Below the pieces are notes generated by a model, which saw nothing but the letters and a program-made list of their open reading frames with translations, was not told the DNA's origin and did no database searches. The position numbers were made by a program, and so were the translations under genes. From Candidatus Harrisonbacteria bacterium (GTDB lineage Bacteria > Patescibacteriota > Minisyncoccia > UBA6257 > 1-14-0-10-40-38), in assembly GCA_023245035.1 (NCBI GenBank), contig JAHFLD010000004.1:13496-77495 (forward strand): a DNA stretch of 64,000 nt, written 5' to 3'. Shown here piece by piece: positions 18,386-28,017 of this stretch (its first letter is position 1; each line of letters begins with the position of its first letter).

Positions 18386-19474
18386 CTATAACTCCCCCTC
18401 CAGATCTTCCAGGAGTTTTTTGGCCTTCGGGGAAATTTTTTGCGGAACATTCACGTCCGGATAAATTATCAGGCGTCCGCGGCCATAACCGCCCAGGCGC
18501 GGCATGCCGGAACCGGACACGATTACCGGATCGCCAACTCGCGCGCCACGCGGAATTTCCAGGCCTACTTTTTCGCCGGCAATGCCGTCAATGACAATTT
18601 TGCGCCCGAGCAGGACATCGGCAAGTTTGAACTTGCGACGGGTTATAAGATCGTCTCCATCGCGATCAAATAACTCGTGCTTTTGAACTCTGACTCGCAC
18701 ATAGAGATCGCCTGGGTCGGCGCCACGTTCGCCAACTTCTCCGCCCTTTTGAATCTTAATCAGCTGGCCATCCATAATTCCCGGGGCGATAGAAATATCT
18801 ACCGTGCGCTCGCCCTTAACCCGTCCGGTGCCGGCGCAGGTTCGGCAAACTTTTTTGGGAATTTGACCGGTGCCGGAACATTTCTCGCAGGCGCGAACTT
18901 GTTCAAAACTGCCAAAAAAAGTATTGCGCACTTCTTTAATCTCTCCCCGGCCGTTGCAGGTGGCGCAGTCGGAAAATCCCTCCTTGGCAAAGTGGCCGAC
19001 TCCGGAACATTCTTGGCACTGAACATAAGTTTTGTAAGCTAAGGGTTTAACCGCCCCGCGGAAAGCTTCTTCTAGCGTGATGTCTTGCACATACTCCACA
19101 TCGGAGCCGTGGCGATAGGTTTTGCGTTTGCGTTTTACGCCCAGACCTTCAAAGAAGGAGTCAAACATATCGCCAAGATTGCCAAGATCGCCCATGTTCA
19201 CATTGCCAAAATCAAATTCAACGCCAAACGGGTTTTGCCCGCCGAAACCGGCGCCTCCAGATTGACCGTCAAAAGTCTGGCCGAAGCGGTCGTATTGCGA
19301 TTTTTTTTCGGGATTGGAAAGCACCTGATAGGCCTCGTTGATTTCTTTGAACTTGGCTTCGTTGCCACCGGCCTTGTCGGGGTGATGCTTGTGCGCCAAA
19401 GTACGATAGGCCTTTTTTATCTCTTCAACCGAGGCGCCTTTTTCCAAACCGAGGATTTTGTAGAAGTCTTTCAT
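18386..19474 (-). CDS. dnaJ: Molecular chaperone DnaJ
   Basis: J-domain KDFYKILGL...HPDK and four CxxCxGxG zinc-finger repeats. Confidence 0.9.
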   Translation of the reverse strand: MKDFYKILGLEKGASVEEIKKAYRTLAHKHHPDKAGGNEAKFKEINEAYQVLSNPEKKSQYDRFGQTFDGQSGGAGFGGQNPFGVEFDFGNVNMGDLGNLGDMFDSFFEGLGVKRKRKTYRHGSDVEYVQDITLEEAFRGAVKPLAYKTYVQCQECSGVGHFAKEGFSDCATCNGRGEIKEVRNTFFGSFEQVRACEKCSGTGQIPKKVCRTCAGTGRVKGERTVDISIAPGIMDGQLIKIQKGGEVGERGADPGDLYVRVRVQKHELFDRDGDDLITRRKFKLADVLLGRKIVIDGIAGEKVGLEIPRGARVGDPVIVSGSGMPRLGGYGRGRLIIYPDVNVPQKISPKAKKLLEDLEGEL

Positions 19475-19546
19475 GCTTTTACGAATTTACAAATTATTAC
19501 GAAAATACGAATAGAATGCTTGATAAAGAAATTCTGATCTGGCGCT

Positions 19547-20476
19547 TTACAGAATAACCACTTCTTTGGAGCGGCTTTCCAGACCGATATGGATTACATT
19601 AAGCCCCAAAAGTACATGATACGCAAGAAAGGCGAGAAAGACAACAACAAAGTTCAAGAAAAAGCCGATGCCCTTGAGGGTAAAAAACAGCAACACCCCC
19701 AGGCCGGCCGCGAGCAGAAGCTTGCCGCCGCCGGAAAGTTTGTCGGCTTTTTCGGTGAGCACTTTTTCCAGGGCGTGCGGAAGCGTTTCGTTGGCTTCAA
19801 TTTTGACCCCAAGTGAATCGCTGGCTGTGGCGATAATTTCCTGAACCTGAGCGTCCAGATAGGCCACGGGAATAGTCTGGCTTAGACCGAGTTTTTTTTG
19901 AGTGATGGCCTTGATGACATCACCGACCCGGCCGTCTAATTTTACTCCCGGAGAAAGTCTGGCGGTCAGCGGCAAAACACTTTCAATGGCCACTCGAACA
20001 TAATCTTTGGAGACGGCGCCGCCTTTGGTTTTGAGTTCGGCACCAACGTAGATTGCGGCAAAGAGCGCCAGTCCGGTAAAAAGAGCTCCGGAGGCGCGGC
20101 GGGCGGCGGCATAAAATTCAATATTTAAATTGTTTTCCAAAACTTTGTGTCCGCGTTCAAAACCAATAATCATAGTGGCGAACAGCAAAGCGGCGGGAAT
20201 TAAAACCGTGAAAGAAAACGAGGCGTAAAAGGGAGTGACAAAGGCCAGGACTTGGGCGGCATATAAACCGGAGGCGACTCTGACTCCTTTTACCAGAAAA
20301 GGGTGGAGTGTCATCAGCGCGAACCAAAGCACGCAATAAATGGCGAGACTCGCCGGACTACCGTCTTGGTTTAAAAATCGCTGTAGCGTCCAACCAAAAA
20401 GCGCCGCCAGCCCGGTGCTCAAAATGCCGAGAGTGATGACCTTCCATTTAGTGCCATCAATATTGGGTTCTTCCAT
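19547..20476 (-). CDS. Hypothetical polytopic membrane protein inserted between dnaK and dnaJ
   Basis: Several predicted TM helices and no recognisable catalytic motif. Confidence 0.5.
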   Translation of the reverse strand: MEEPNIDGTKWKVITLGILSTGLAALFGWTLQRFLNQDGSPASLAIYCVLWFALMTLHPFLVKGVRVASGLYAAQVLAFVTPFYASFSFTVLIPAALLFATMIIGFERGHKVLENNLNIEFYAAARRASGALFTGLALFAAIYVGAELKTKGGAVSKDYVRVAIESVLPLTARLSPGVKLDGRVGDVIKAITQKKLGLSQTIPVAYLDAQVQEIIATASDSLGVKIEANETLPHALEKVLTEKADKLSGGGKLLLAAGLGVLLFFTLKGIGFFLNFVVVFLAFLAYHVLLGLNVIHIGLESRSKEVVIL

Positions 20477-20750
20477 GTGATTACGAATTTACTAAGGTTA
20501 CGAATTTACGGATTATTACGAATGTACGAATAAATACAAAGATCCAAATGAAATACCACTAGGAATTCTGATGCTTTTTCAATTATAGCATTTTTGTCGT
20601 GATGTCGGTTTTTTTGTCGGTAAATCAAAGAATATTGAGTCTCCAAAAAAACCCACGAATTTAGATCCATGGCCCTCATCGGGGCACCCTTCGATCCCCA
20701 TCAGCTTACAAGGCTGGTGGGGATTTTTTATTCGCTCAAACAAAACGGTT

Positions 20751-22619
20751 TTACTTATTCTCTCCCTCTGGGCTTGGGTTTGGGGTTTCGGGCTCGGTTG
20801 GCGGAGTTTGTCCGGGCTGATTTTGTTGCATCATCGGGCCGATTTTTTGGAGTTCGGCGGAGAGTTCGGCGGTGGCCTTGGTGATGCTTGCTGTGTCGGT
20901 ACCGTCTTTTACTTTTTTGAGCGCGTCTATCTTGTCATTGATGCCGGTTTTTAAGTCAGCGGCAACCTTGTCGCCCAAATCACGGAGGGATTTTTCGGCT
21001 AAGTAAATCAGACTTTCGGCCTGGTTTTTGGCCTCGGCCACTTCTCGCTTGCGCTTGTCTTCTTGGGCGTTCTCCGCGGCCTCTTTTTTGAGCCGTTCAA
21101 CTTCGTCTTTGGAGAGCGCGGTGGTGGCTTCGATTCTGACCGACTGGGTCTTGCCGGTTTTTTGCTCTTTGGCGGAAACATTTAGAATGCCGTTGGCGTC
21201 GATATCAAAAGTAACTTCTACTTGAGGCGTGCCGCGGGGCGAGGGTGGAATACCGTCCAGCACAAAGCGAGCCAGAGTCTTGTTGTCGGTCGCCATTTCC
21301 CGCTCGCCCTGGAGAACGTGAATTTCCACTTGGGTCTGATTGTCGGCGGCGGTGGAAAAGACTTGCGATTTGGCGGTCGGAACGGTGGTGTTTTTTTCTA
21401 TTAGTTTGGTGAAGACGCTTCCCAAAGTCTCAATGCCAACCGAGAGCGGGGTAACATCCAAAAGCAAGATGTCTTTAACTTCGCCCTGCAAAATGCCGGC
21501 TTGCACGGCGGCGCCGATAGCGACAACTTCGTCGGGGTTAATGTCGCGGTGCGGATCTTTGCCAAAGAACTTTTTGACCGCTTCTTGAATGGCCGGCATT
21601 CGGGTTTGGCCGCCGACGAGAATAATTTCGTCAATTTGCGAGATGTTGAACTTGGCCTCTTTGATCGTCTGATCCAAAATTTTAATGGAGCGATCAACGT
21701 GTTCGTGAACCAAATCCTCCAATTTGGCGCGGGTGAGCTTCATTAAGAAGTGTTTGGGACCGGCGGCATCCGAGCTGATGTAGGGCAGATTGATCTCGGT
21801 CTCAACCGAGGTCGAGAGTTCGTGCTTGGCGCGTTCGGCGGCTTCTTTTAAGCGCTGAAGAGCCAGCGGATCGCGGCTAATATCAATCCCCTCCTGTTTT
21901 TTGTACTCCTTGACCAAATATTCGTTGATGAGCTTGTCAAAGTCGTCGCCGCCCAAGTGGGTGTCGCCGCCGGTGGCCTTGACCTCCACCGTGTCGTCGG
22001 CAACTTCCAACACCGAGACGTCAAAAGTTCCGCCGCCAAAGTCGTAGACGACGATTTTTTCGTTCTTCTTTTTATTGAGGCCGTAGGCGAGCGCCGCCGC
22101 GGTCGGTTCGTTCAAGATACGGCGAACTTTGAGGCCGGCGATTTCTCCGGCGTTTTTGGTGGCTTGGCGCTGACTGTCGTCAAAATAGGCTGGAACAGTG
22201 ATGACTGCTTCTTCTATTTTTTCTCCAAGGCGAGCTTCGGCATCGGCTTTAAGCTTGCCCAAAACCATGGCCGAGATTTCTTCCGGCGTAAACCAATCCG
22301 CGCCCATTTTTATCTCCACACCGCCGCTTGCCGAGGCCTTCATCTCAAACGGAAACCACTTCTTGTCGCTTTGGACTTCGGGGTCGCTGAACTTGCGCCC
22401 AATGAGGCGCTTGACCGAAAAAATCGTGTTCTGCGGATTGGTGACCGCCTGGCGCTTGGCTAAGAGGCCGACGAGGCGTTCGTTGGATTTATTGAAGGCG
22501 GCGATGGAGGGCACGGTGCGGTTGCCTTCGGCCGATTCAATCACGCGGGGCGTGCCGGCTTCCATGATGGCCATGGCCGAGTTGGTGGTACCGAGATCAA
22601 TTCCTAAAATTTTTGGCAT
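20751..22619 (-). CDS. dnaK: Molecular chaperone DnaK (Hsp70)
   Basis: [18 protein letters not shown] and the other Hsp70 signatures are present throughout. Confidence 0.95.
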   Translation of the reverse strand: MPKILGIDLGTTNSAMAIMEAGTPRVIESAEGNRTVPSIAAFNKSNERLVGLLAKRQAVTNPQNTIFSVKRLIGRKFSDPEVQSDKKWFPFEMKASASGGVEIKMGADWFTPEEISAMVLGKLKADAEARLGEKIEEAVITVPAYFDDSQRQATKNAGEIAGLKVRRILNEPTAAALAYGLNKKKNEKIVVYDFGGGTFDVSVLEVADDTVEVKATGGDTHLGGDDFDKLINEYLVKEYKKQEGIDISRDPLALQRLKEAAERAKHELSTSVETEINLPYISSDAAGPKHFLMKLTRAKLEDLVHEHVDRSIKILDQTIKEAKFNISQIDEIILVGGQTRMPAIQEAVKKFFGKDPHRDINPDEVVAIGAAVQAGILQGEVKDILLLDVTPLSVGIETLGSVFTKLIEKNTTVPTAKSQVFSTAADNQTQVEIHVLQGEREMATDNKTLARFVLDGIPPSPRGTPQVEVTFDIDANGILNVSAKEQKTGKTQSVRIEATTALSKDEVERLKKEAAENAQEDKRKREVAEAKNQAESLIYLAEKSLRDLGDKVAADLKTGINDKIDALKKVKDGTDTASITKATAELSAELQKIGPMMQQNQPGQTPPTEPETPNPSPEGENK

Positions 22620-22696
22620 AGTTCTTGATTGTTTTAATTGTTATAGAAACTTTATTTGCTTTAGATATTGTAATTGTTGGAAGCGTTGCAAATGTT

Positions 22697-23263
22697 TTAT
22701 CCGGCGGTTTCTTTGGGACCTTTGGCAATTTTGACTTGAGACGGGCGGATGACTTTTTCGTGCAATTTCCAGCCGCGGGTAATTTCTTCGGTGATACTTC
22801 CCGGCGGAAGACTGGAGACTTCTTCGGTGACCGCCTCGTGGAAGCTGGGATTAAACGATTCACCGACGGCTTTAATCGGAACTACCCCGTTGCGGCGCAA
22901 TAAGGATTCAAATTGGGATTTAATCATCTCTATTCCTTTTTCGCCGGCTCCGGTGTTAGCTGTCTTGAGTGCCAGATCAAAACTGTCCATGACAACCAAC
23001 AAATCTTTAAGGAGGCTTTCATTGCTGAATTTTATCATCGTCTCGGCGCGGGTCAATTCCTCTTTTTTGTAGTTAATCAGATCGGCTTTCGCGCGGCGCC
23101 AACCGTTTAGATATTCGTCGGCCTCTTTGCGGCAGAGCGCCATTTTGTCTTGAAGCTCGCCGGCGGCTTTTTCGGCTTCGGTCGCGGGGGTTGGCTCCGC
23201 ATCGGGCAATTTGGCCGAGGGTTCCGGCTGGTTTTGATTGGGATTTTTTACAATGTCGTCCAT
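22697..23263 (-). CDS. grpE: Nucleotide exchange factor GrpE
   Basis: GrpE coiled-coil plus C-terminal beta-domain motifs. Upstream is a TTGAAA-17-TATAAT promoter at ~23270-23300 on the minus strand. Confidence 0.85.
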   Translation of the reverse strand: MDDIVKNPNQNQPEPSAKLPDAEPTPATEAEKAAGELQDKMALCRKEADEYLNGWRRAKADLINYKKEELTRAETMIKFSNESLLKDLLVVMDSFDLALKTANTGAGEKGIEMIKSQFESLLRRNGVVPIKAVGESFNPSFHEAVTEEVSSLPPGSITEEITRGWKLHEKVIRPSQVKIAKGPKETAG

Positions 23264-23438
23264 ATGAGCCTATCTATTATATTGTTGCCGTGTCTCTTTT
23301 TCAAGCGCGAGCACAAATGATTTTTTAGAACCGAATAATAAGTCTTGGGGATAACTTAATAGCGCCGAACATCTGGGAGTGATATAATGCTTTTTGTATT
23401 CGTAGCACTAAAGGTCGAGTTGTTAGAGTACTTTTTCT

Positions 23439-23828
23439 ATGAATCCGAAACAATTTCTTCAAATAGGAGGCGTGGTGTTGTTGCTCGTCGGTCTTTTGGG
23501 CTTTTTTGGTTTAATCGGACCGACTTCGGACGCCAGCATCTTCGGCAGCGCTTGGTGGTTTGATAACGGCGAGAACTGGGCGCATACGATTCTGGGCATT
23601 GTGGCCTTGATCGCCGCCGGTGCCTTAAAGAATGCCATGCAACAGAAGAATCTGGTTATCTTGGTGGGTGTGCTTGGCATCTTCTTTGCCGTGTACAACG
23701 TGTTCTCGACTAGCTTCCTAGGCGCGAATTTGGAAAGTCCCGCTGACTTGATTCTGCACTTGGCCGTTGGCGTTTGGGCCCTTTGGGCCGCGATGCGCAA
23801 ACCGGCAATGTCTGGCGGCGCGATGTAG
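23439..23828 (+). CDS. Hypothetical small membrane protein
   Basis: 129 aa with four hydrophobic segments. Confidence 0.45.
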   Translation: MNPKQFLQIGGVVLLLVGLLGFFGLIGPTSDASIFGSAWWFDNGENWAHTILGIVALIAAGALKNAMQQKNLVILVGVLGIFFAVYNVFSTSFLGANLESPADLILHLAVGVWALWAAMRKPAMSGGAM

Positions 23829-23988
23829 TTTGGTTTTCTACTTGGTTATAAAAAAGTTCCCGTGTGAGGCGGGGACTTTTTTGTTGGGCCAACTTTTCAC
23901 CCGAGGCTATTGACGAACAGGGTATTGTCGTGCCATTCTTATTTTGGAAACTTGATAGAGTTCTGGGTCCGAACTGGAGAATCTGCCA

Positions 23989-24152
23989 TGCATGAAGAGT
24001 GTCTTGACCCCATCAAGGAGCGCGCGCGTTGGGTCGCTTTTGAACGCGGCCAGGCTCGATTAAACTTCTGGTTTGGTTTCTGGATCGGGATTTTTGTGGG
24101 TATGACGCTGACCTGTGTTCTTTTTTCTTTTGGCTTTTTTTCGGGGCGCTAG
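23989..24152 (+). CDS. Hypothetical small TM protein
   Basis: A GGAGA RBS lies 7 nt upstream of the ATG at 23989. It has a single TM helix and is followed by a hairpin plus T-run at 24153-24190. Confidence 0.3.
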
Positions 24153-24170
24153 AATTAACCGATCGCCACT

Positions 24171-25346
24171 CTAGAACAGAGTGGCGTTTTTTTTGGCCGG
24201 CTTTTTGGAAATTGATTTATCTAATGCCGAAAGCTTTTCCACGCGCACGCCGAGGAGGCGGATTTTTTTCTTGCGGGGATTTTCGCGCTTGTCCAGAAAG
24301 GGCATAAAAAGGCGGATGGCTTCGGTTTGAATAGTTTCCGCGTCACGGCCGGATTTAGTTAGGGTGTGGGCTCTGGTTTTAGTTTCAAAATCCTCAAAAC
24401 GGACAACGAGGCCCACGGTTTTAAAACTGACTGCTTCCTTTTCCACTTTTTGAGCCACCCGTTCGGCCATTGCTTGAATTTTTTTTAACAAGAACTGCGG
24501 ATCCAGCGTGTCTTGGTCAAAAGTTTCCTGTTCGCCGATGGATTTAATTTCGCGGTCGGTTACAATCGGACTTTCGTCTATGCCCCGCGCCTTCTCGTAC
24601 ATATCGCTTCCCCACTTGCCGAAAAGGGATTCCAGTTTTTCCCGCGATAGGCGGCGCAAGTCGTAGATGCTCTCCACGCGGTGAGTCAGCAGGGTTTCGC
24701 GCGTCTTCGGACCGATGCCCGGAATAACACCGACCGGCTGGGCGTCCAAAAATTCTTGAACTTCGTCCGGCCGAACGATTGTCAGGCCATCGGGTTTTTT
24801 GGTACCGGCGGCGATTTTGGCGATAAGCTTGTTGGGGCCGATGCCGACGCTCGCAGTTAGGCCAAGTTTTTCCTTGAGTTCGGCTTTGATTTTTTTAGCC
24901 GCCGCTTCTGCTTCCAGCCAGCCGGCATTTTCTTCTGCTTTATTTTGTTTTGAATTTTGTCCTTGGGGTTTGCCGCTTTTGAGTTCAAAATAAGCCTCGT
25001 CAACGCTCGCCGGTTCAATTGAGACAGAGTGCGCGGCGATGAGCTCCATAATCCGCGAAGATTTTTGAGCGTAGAGCTTGTGATTCGGTTCCAGAAAAAC
25101 AGCCGGCGGTTTGCCGGCGGCTTTGGCTTTTTCGGCAAGACGCCAGGCGATGGAAATCGGTTGGGCGGAGTGGATGCCGTAGGCGCGAGCCGCGTAGTTG
25201 GCGGTGGAGACGACTCCCCGACCGGTGCCATGCTTGGGATCGGAGCCGATGACGAGCGGCTGACCCTTGAGTTTGGGATTGGCTTGTTCTTCCACCGAGG
25301 CGAAGAAGGCATCCATATCCAGATGAAGTACGATGCGCTGACTCAT
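24171..25346 (-). CDS. dinB: DNA polymerase IV (Y-family)
   Basis: MSQRIVLHLDMDAFFASVEE and Y-family palm/finger motifs. Confidence 0.9.
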   Translation of the reverse strand: MSQRIVLHLDMDAFFASVEEQANPKLKGQPLVIGSDPKHGTGRGVVSTANYAARAYGIHSAQPISIAWRLAEKAKAAGKPPAVFLEPNHKLYAQKSSRIMELIAAHSVSIEPASVDEAYFELKSGKPQGQNSKQNKAEENAGWLEAEAAAKKIKAELKEKLGLTASVGIGPNKLIAKIAAGTKKPDGLTIVRPDEVQEFLDAQPVGVIPGIGPKTRETLLTHRVESIYDLRRLSREKLESLFGKWGSDMYEKARGIDESPIVTDREIKSIGEQETFDQDTLDPQFLLKKIQAMAERVAQKVEKEAVSFKTVGLVVRFEDFETKTRAHTLTKSGRDAETIQTEAIRLFMPFLDKRENPRKKKIRLLGVRVEKLSALDKSISKKPAKKNATLF

Positions 25347-25426
25347 CTATATATTATATACCAGACCCACCGGGTTTCGGACAATAAAAAAACACCCTTT
25401 TCGGGAGTGTTTTTTTGGGGCTTTAT

Positions 25427-25528
25427 TTAGCGCTTGCGTCGCGAACGCTTGCCTTTGGCATTGCGCTTGACCTTGTGGCCGATTTTTTTCTTTCGGCTGT
25501 TCATCTTTTTCGGATTTTTCTTTTTCAT
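25427..25528 (-). CDS. 33-aa highly basic peptide (ribosomal-protein-like composition)
   Basis: MKKKNPKKMNSRKKKIGHKVKRNAKGKRSRRKR. It is followed on the minus strand by a hairpin plus T-run at 25391-25420. It falls below the ORF-track length cut-off. Confidence 0.3.
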   Translation of the reverse strand: MKKKNPKKMNSRKKKIGHKVKRNAKGKRSRRKR

Positions 25529-25749
25529 TTTTTTTAGAGAACAATCGCGGGCGGTTCGGCCTTTAAAGTTGGATGCTTAAGTGGCGTTTTAGAAAAATGT
25601 CTCACTGATGAAAGTTTAGCAGACATTCATCGCGTTGCCCCTGTGCGGAACTTTTATTTTTTTTCTAATTACGAGATGAGAAAAAAAATAAAACGCCCCC
25701 AACTTTGGCTGGGGGCATGATGATTCGTGAATCACGGAGTTGAGCGCGG

Positions 25750-25908
25750 TTAGGAGCGGCCGAGATATAGAGCCTCTGCTATAAGAGGCTCATTAACTCT
25801 GTCTATCACCTCGCCAATCTTCTCTGGATTTGCGGCGCTTTGTGATTGATGCTCTTCAATTGAATGCCTCATCTTCATAACCGCCGACAATTCTTCTAAC
25901 GTGAGCAT
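25750..25908 (-). CDS. Hypothetical 52-aa protein
   Basis: A GGAG RBS lies 9 nt upstream of the ATG. Translation: MLTLEELSAVMKMRHSIEEHQSQSAANPEKIGEVIDRVNEPLIAEALYLGRS. A minus-strand terminator sits at ~25685-25720. Confidence 0.3.
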   Translation of the reverse strand: MLTLEELSAVMKMRHSIEEHQSQSAANPEKIGEVIDRVNEPLIAEALYLGRS

Positions 25909-25999
25909 TGGGCTTCTCCTTTTTTATGGAAGAACTGCTTTTGACTCTAGCCTATTTTTTATTTTTTTGATAGGTCGCTTGCTTTGCTATACTTAATAT

Positions 26000-26374
26000 A
26001 TGAAGACGGTGAAGCTCGTCGGATTTGGAATCTTGAATTACGCGGTTCGTTTTGCGGTGGGCGGTTTGTTGTATAAGGCAGTGGAGATGGATCCGTTGGG
26101 TTTTTGGTACGGCTTTCTTTTGACGCTCACGGCCTTGATTGCTTCGTTTATATTTTTGCGATTTGTGATTAAGCCCGCCAACTTGGGCGAGGCCATGTTT
26201 GCGGCCGGAGTTTGGGTAGTGATAGCTCTGGCGCTCGACATTATAACCGCCGAACCGATTGTGGGCGTTACTCCGGTCTATTTGCTTCAGGAGACGCAAA
26301 CTTGGACGCGATTGATCGCGGTCTTTTTGGCGGGACTGTTTGCCGCTAGGTCAAGAATTGAAAAAAATATCTGA
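26000..26374 (+). CDS. Hypothetical membrane protein
   Basis: 124 aa with four TM helices. Confidence 0.5.
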   Translation: MKTVKLVGFGILNYAVRFAVGGLLYKAVEMDPLGFWYGFLLTLTALIASFIFLRFVIKPANLGEAMFAAGVWVVIALALDIITAEPIVGVTPVYLLQETQTWTRLIAVFLAGLFAARSRIEKNI

Positions 26375-26475
26375 ACTAGATACAATACTTCTATTCCGGG
26401 ATAGCCCCGCCTACGCCAAGAGCTTTGGCGGGCAGGTCAGCGATATATTCAACCGCTATCCCGAAATAGAAACAT

Positions 26476-26547
26476 TCCGGGATAGCTCAGCGGTAGAGCG
26501 GCGCGCTGTTAACGCGAAGGTCGCAGGTTCGATCCCTGCTCCCGGAG
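26476..26547 (+). tRNA. tRNA-Asn (anticodon GTT)
   Basis: Hand-folded: acceptor TCCGGGA/TCCCGGA, D-arm GCTC..GAGC, anticodon loop CTGTTAA, T-arm GCAGG-TTCGATC-CCTGC, discriminator G. Confidence 0.85.
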
Positions 26548-28014
26548 CCCGATTGGTTGATTAGCGAAAGTGAGGATCGTACTAAATGGTTCTCGTAGCG
26601 TAAACACTGGCTTTCTGCCGTTTACGATTGAGTTCTGAAGTAGATAGTTGAGAAACTTTCGTTTTTCGGGAACTTCCGAACCTTTAAATATTTCGAGCGC
26701 GTTCTTGGCGAGATTTAGCACAGTAGAAGCGGTATTGTAATAGTTTTCATCGGCTTGGGTATGTTCTTCAAGGTGCAGGTTAATTTCGTACTGTCGTTCT
26801 TTTAGTTCTTTAAACTTCTTGTCATAGTCGTCCTTAGTAATACTACTGTCGAGCAGTAAGTCCATAAGCCGATCTATTTTGACCTGTACTAGGTTGTATT
26901 CCTTCTGAAAGCTATCTACTGCGTTTTCGTGATACGAGGTTTTAGATTCGTTGCTACGCCGCAAACCGGTTACTACTTCATCTATCTTCTCCTGTGGCAT
27001 GGCCTTAAATGCCCCTAGGATGTCGTAGATTGGCTTCAAGAGCTCTCTTTCGGGTATGTATAGCTTTTCTTTGCACAAGTCTTTTTTGGCGTTCGTACAA
27101 CTGTAGTAAATATATTTCCCTTTAGCGGTTTCCGGACTCATAGCGCACCCGCATTTACCACAGCGAAGCAGTCCTCTAAAAATATGAGGCTTGGCCGCAT
27201 ATTGGAACGGCTTCTTGCCCCAACCCTTCCTAATCTCTTGGCACCGATCAAAAAGCTCTTTAGTAATGAGGGGCTGATATTTATGAGGATACAGCTTGCC
27301 CTTGCACCTCATAATGCCGTAATAGAATGGGTTACTTAAAATAAAATTAACCATGCTGAAAGCTAACGGCTTCCCCGTCTTACTTTTCAAACCATCTTTA
27401 GCTATGGCAATCCTTACTGTTTTGCCTGAATGATTTCCCGTGGCGTATAGCTCAAACATTTTGCGGATTAAATGCGCTGTATTTGGATCGGGAATTATAT
27501 CTTTCCTTAATCGCTTCTCGGCGTCCAAAGCGATGTTCTGATAGCCCATCGGCGCTTTGCCCGTCCATTCTCCGTTTCTTCGCTTCTGCTCAAACTTTCT
27601 TTTAACATTATCGCTCAACTGGAGGACATAACTTCTTGCAAACATAACAGCCATATCCCAACGGAGCAATTCCGAACTGTTTGAGTTTTGGCCTAAAACT
27701 AAATTTTCACGATAGAAATGAATTTCGAGCTTGCCAACTTTCCTAAGCTCATCTAACAGCACCGATTCTTTAAAGCTTCTTTGGAGCCGGTCAACAGTAT
27801 CAACCACGAGAGCGATCGGCTCCTTGGAGTCTTTTATGACTTCAACTACTTCTTGAAAGCGCTCTCTGTCGCCGGTAGTCGAGGATTCTTCAATTTCGTA
27901 TGTTTTCCAAACTGAAAGCCCTTTGAATTTCACATAATCAGAAACACGGACTACCTGCGCTTCATTTGAGTCCTGTTTTTTGTCTGATACACGGGCTAAG
28001 ATGATGGCTTTCAT
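26509..28014 (-). CDS. Large serine recombinase (resolvase N-domain, recombinase domain, zinc ribbon)
   Basis: N-terminus MKAIILARVSDKKQ carries the catalytic Ser. A CGKCGCAMSPE...YYSCTN zinc ribbon follows. The 3' end overlaps the tRNA-Asn antisense. Confidence 0.85.
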   Translation of the reverse strand: MKAIILARVSDKKQDSNEAQVVRVSDYVKFKGLSVWKTYEIEESSTTGDRERFQEVVEVIKDSKEPIALVVDTVDRLQRSFKESVLLDELRKVGKLEIHFYRENLVLGQNSNSSELLRWDMAVMFARSYVLQLSDNVKRKFEQKRRNGEWTGKAPMGYQNIALDAEKRLRKDIIPDPNTAHLIRKMFELYATGNHSGKTVRIAIAKDGLKSKTGKPLAFSMVNFILSNPFYYGIMRCKGKLYPHKYQPLITKELFDRCQEIRKGWGKKPFQYAAKPHIFRGLLRCGKCGCAMSPETAKGKYIYYSCTNAKKDLCKEKLYIPERELLKPIYDILGAFKAMPQEKIDEVVTGLRRSNESKTSYHENAVDSFQKEYNLVQVKIDRLMDLLLDSSITKDDYDKKFKELKERQYEINLHLEEHTQADENYYNTASTVLNLAKNALEIFKGSEVPEKRKFLNYLLQNSIVNGRKPVFTLREPFSTILTFANQPIGLREQGSNLRPSR

Positions 28015-28017
28015 AAT

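Noticed and set aside
23397-23435. CIRCE-like inverted repeat (GTAGCACTA-N9-GAGTTGTTA) between a TATAAT box and the 23439 gene
   Set aside because: It matches only 6-7 of 9 positions per half-site. It is positioned for the small membrane gene rather than grpE-dnaK, and no hrcA is nearby. This is too degenerate to call.
25347-25544. 65-aa minus-strand ORF upstream of dinB
   Set aside because: It is low-complexity (K/E/Q-rich), has no RBS, and overlaps in another frame the better-supported 33-aa basic peptide with its terminator.
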